Source of the DNA: Marsupella aquatica
Lineage: Eukaryota > Plantae > Marchantiophyta
Direction: 5' to 3'
Length of the DNA: 64,000 bases
NCBI GenBank assembly: GCA_973895155.1
Contig: OZ316898.1
Coordinates: forward strand, 9,349,079-9,413,078
The position numbers and the translations under genes were made by a program. Under the pieces are notes generated by a model that was not told where the DNA came from, ran no database searches, and was given only the letters and a program-made list of their open reading frames with translations. This document shows, in pieces, positions 61,492 through 64,000 of the stretch; the first letter of the stretch is position 1; each line of letters begins with the position of its first letter.

Positions 61492-64000
61492 CTGTGGAAG
61501 ATACGCGCACATCACCGGCAGCCTGGTACAATTAGGCTTCCCTGGTATACTTCCCCCCTGACGCAAGAGATAGTGAAACTCTTACCGTACCATACCAGAC
61601 GAATCCAAAGACGAACCCAAGAACAGGGGGAGAACAAGCGACGGGGCCTCAATGCTCCAGAATACTTTGAGCGTTTCTCTGACCTCTCCCTTCCACTTCT
61701 ATTGAAACGTTCCAAGACGATTTCCACTTCAGTCCCCTACAACATCCGAGCCACAGTACCAAAGAATGAACCCTCCTTCATTCTTCCGCTCAATGCAGTA
61801 CCGCGACCATCCGTGATCACCGCATCAACAACTATTCAAACCAGTATCAGCGCATTGCCATTCACATCCCAGTGTTCGCTACGCCTCGGCCCGACACCAC
61901 CACCCCCCACGACCACCAGATCGGAGTCACAAATCACACAAACTCCTCGCTCCGCGACCGACCGACCGACCGACCGGCTAAGAATGCAAAAACAGAGCTT
62001 CCAGAGCACAAAAAGCGAAGAGCCACAACCACAAAGTGGCTCTCCGTGAGACCTGACGAGCCAAGATTCAGCGCCCTCTTTTTCTTCGAGAGGCCCGCAG
62101 CAGCGGCGGAGGTCTTACAGCAATCCTCCGGGCGGCCCAAGCATCGCGGATCGAAGAAAAGCACGACGATTTTGCAGACGTGATGTCGCAAGAACCTCAG
62201 AAGAGCGAGCGCAATTGCGTTATTGCGACGAGGAGCGCAGCAGACAGATTGCAAAGACGGGAAAACAGGAGGAAAGACGGAAAGAGCGCCACCAATGTGA
62301 GCGACAAAAATAATGAGCGAAGGAGAAAAAGCGAAGGCTACATTCGTTTCTAGTAGTGTCCAGAGACCTCTAGACTCTAGACGGCCCCGACTCTTTATCG
62401 TCGCTACCAGCCTAAGGCCTCGGACGACTCTAACGACGGACCTTACCGCTTTTCAGGAGTCAGAACTCAGAACGCCCAGACCCACTAACAGCCGGTCTTC
62501 CGGTCGTTCTTAACCGACCTTCCGGGACAGCTGCTGACCACCGTCCCCGGTCTCCCGGTCGCGTGGCGACTCGCTCCTCGTTACGTCTCACCGACTACCG
62601 TCTGATGGGTTCCCGGTTTCCCGGTCGCGCTGCCGGTCGCGCCGGTAGCCGCGGCTTTGAGCTTCCCATCCGCCGGTGGGTCGCTCGCCCGATGCAACGA
62701 CGCTGTACACGTGTCCGGCACTGTTCGTGTGTGAAGTGGCATTCCTTCTTCGCCTTTTGGGGCCCGCACTTCTGTGGGGGGTGGCACCGCTTTTCTTTTT
62801 TGTCGTTCTGTGCCTTTAGACTGTTTGGCCACAACAAACTTGTTTCAATTGGGCCTCTCAAAACTAGTGCAGTTTATTGGGTCAGCTCCAATGGGAGATT
62901 TGTGTCGTTGACCACACTGAAACCTAACTTTAAGGTAAACTTAACCAGAGGGTTTTGGGTCACAACACCCACTGGCTTCACCATGTTTGTTTTCAGAGCA
63001 CCAACAATTCTTGAAGGGGGCTCATGCATTTTCTAGTACAATTTTTTTGCTGTGGGTGCCAGTGCACTGACACCGGAGTAGTGGCAACATCATTTTTTTG
63101 GAATAGCAGATATTTTGCCTACTGCCGAGTCTGGGGCATTCTGGTCACTGGAAACCTCCATGGACCAACTGGTTTGAGATGCCATAATATCTTACTATAT
63201 AATGGCAACCCAGAAGCTACTTTTAAAGGGCAACTGTCTAGAGTGAAACCTCTAGAGAATAACTCAAATAAGGACAAAATGTATAATGACTCTGAATAAG
63301 ACAAATCTAAAAGGTGCACAAAAAAATTGATATGCAAAGATAAAAGAAAAGAGTATAAATTTTATTTTATTTTTCATTTTTTTGTTTTCAATTCTATTTA
63401 AGTCAGGCTAGTAGTTATAATCATGTGTCTAAGGTTAACCTGGTGTCATCAGTTAGCCAAGAAAAGAGTAACAATAAACACTCAACTACCCTTCAGGACT
63501 GTAGTTACCTCACCAAAACTCAGGTTGGGTTAACCAAGGGCTCTTTTGGATATGATTTTTGTTCTGCATGTATATCTTCTGTTCATTGTTTTCCATACTC
63601 TTGGGAGTATTTGGCCAAAAGAAAATGTTTCAATTTGTTCCCCAGAAAGGTCAATTTTGTTCATCTGTCCTTTTCATACAATTGATTGGTATTTTAAATC
63701 TAGGTACACTAAAAAGCAAAACTATAAATTGAGATAGCATCCAATCTATAACTTTTTGCAGTCACAAGTTTTGTCTGCTCACATGAGATCTATACAAATT
63801 TTTAAAAGTGTACGTTTTACCTAAAACAATATGAATTTGAAGTAACATATTGCGATTTTAATGTACAGAACAGTTTGGGACCTTGTACGTTTAAAAGTTT
63901 GGATGAGCTCCCATCCTAGCTTTTGACTCTTTAAAACAGAGCATAAGGAAAAGTGTGCACACGTAAGATGATTGAAAGTGCTTATGGAGCTCAAGCTCGA

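Overview
Eukaryotic nuclear DNA with GT-AG introns and plant gene families, most likely from a non-seed land plant such as a liverwort (inferred from gene style and repeat content). Recognisable genes are MIC60/mitofilin (+), a UPF0548/DUF1990 gene (-), TIM10 (+), an HDA15-type class II histone deacetylase with a RanBP2 zinc finger (+) and a type II PI4-kinase gamma5/6/7-like gene (-). The first 18 kb holds a ~1650-aa acidic repeat protein with a plant CxxCGW zinc finger, built from phase-1 exons. It also holds a spliced gene for a fungal-type PD-(D/E)XK (Uma2/Crinkler-REase-like) protein, a candidate horizontal acquisition, and a 1.57-kb non-autonomous Helitron with both termini. Elsewhere are a frameshifted ParB/Srx-like relic, a decayed 5'-truncated L1-type LINE and several minisatellites. 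The best leads are the fungal-type REase gene, the non-AUG, stop-start-coupled uORF stack in the PI4Kgamma leader, the modular zinc-finger repeat gene and the ParB-like relic. All family calls come from motif recognition by eye; no searches were run.
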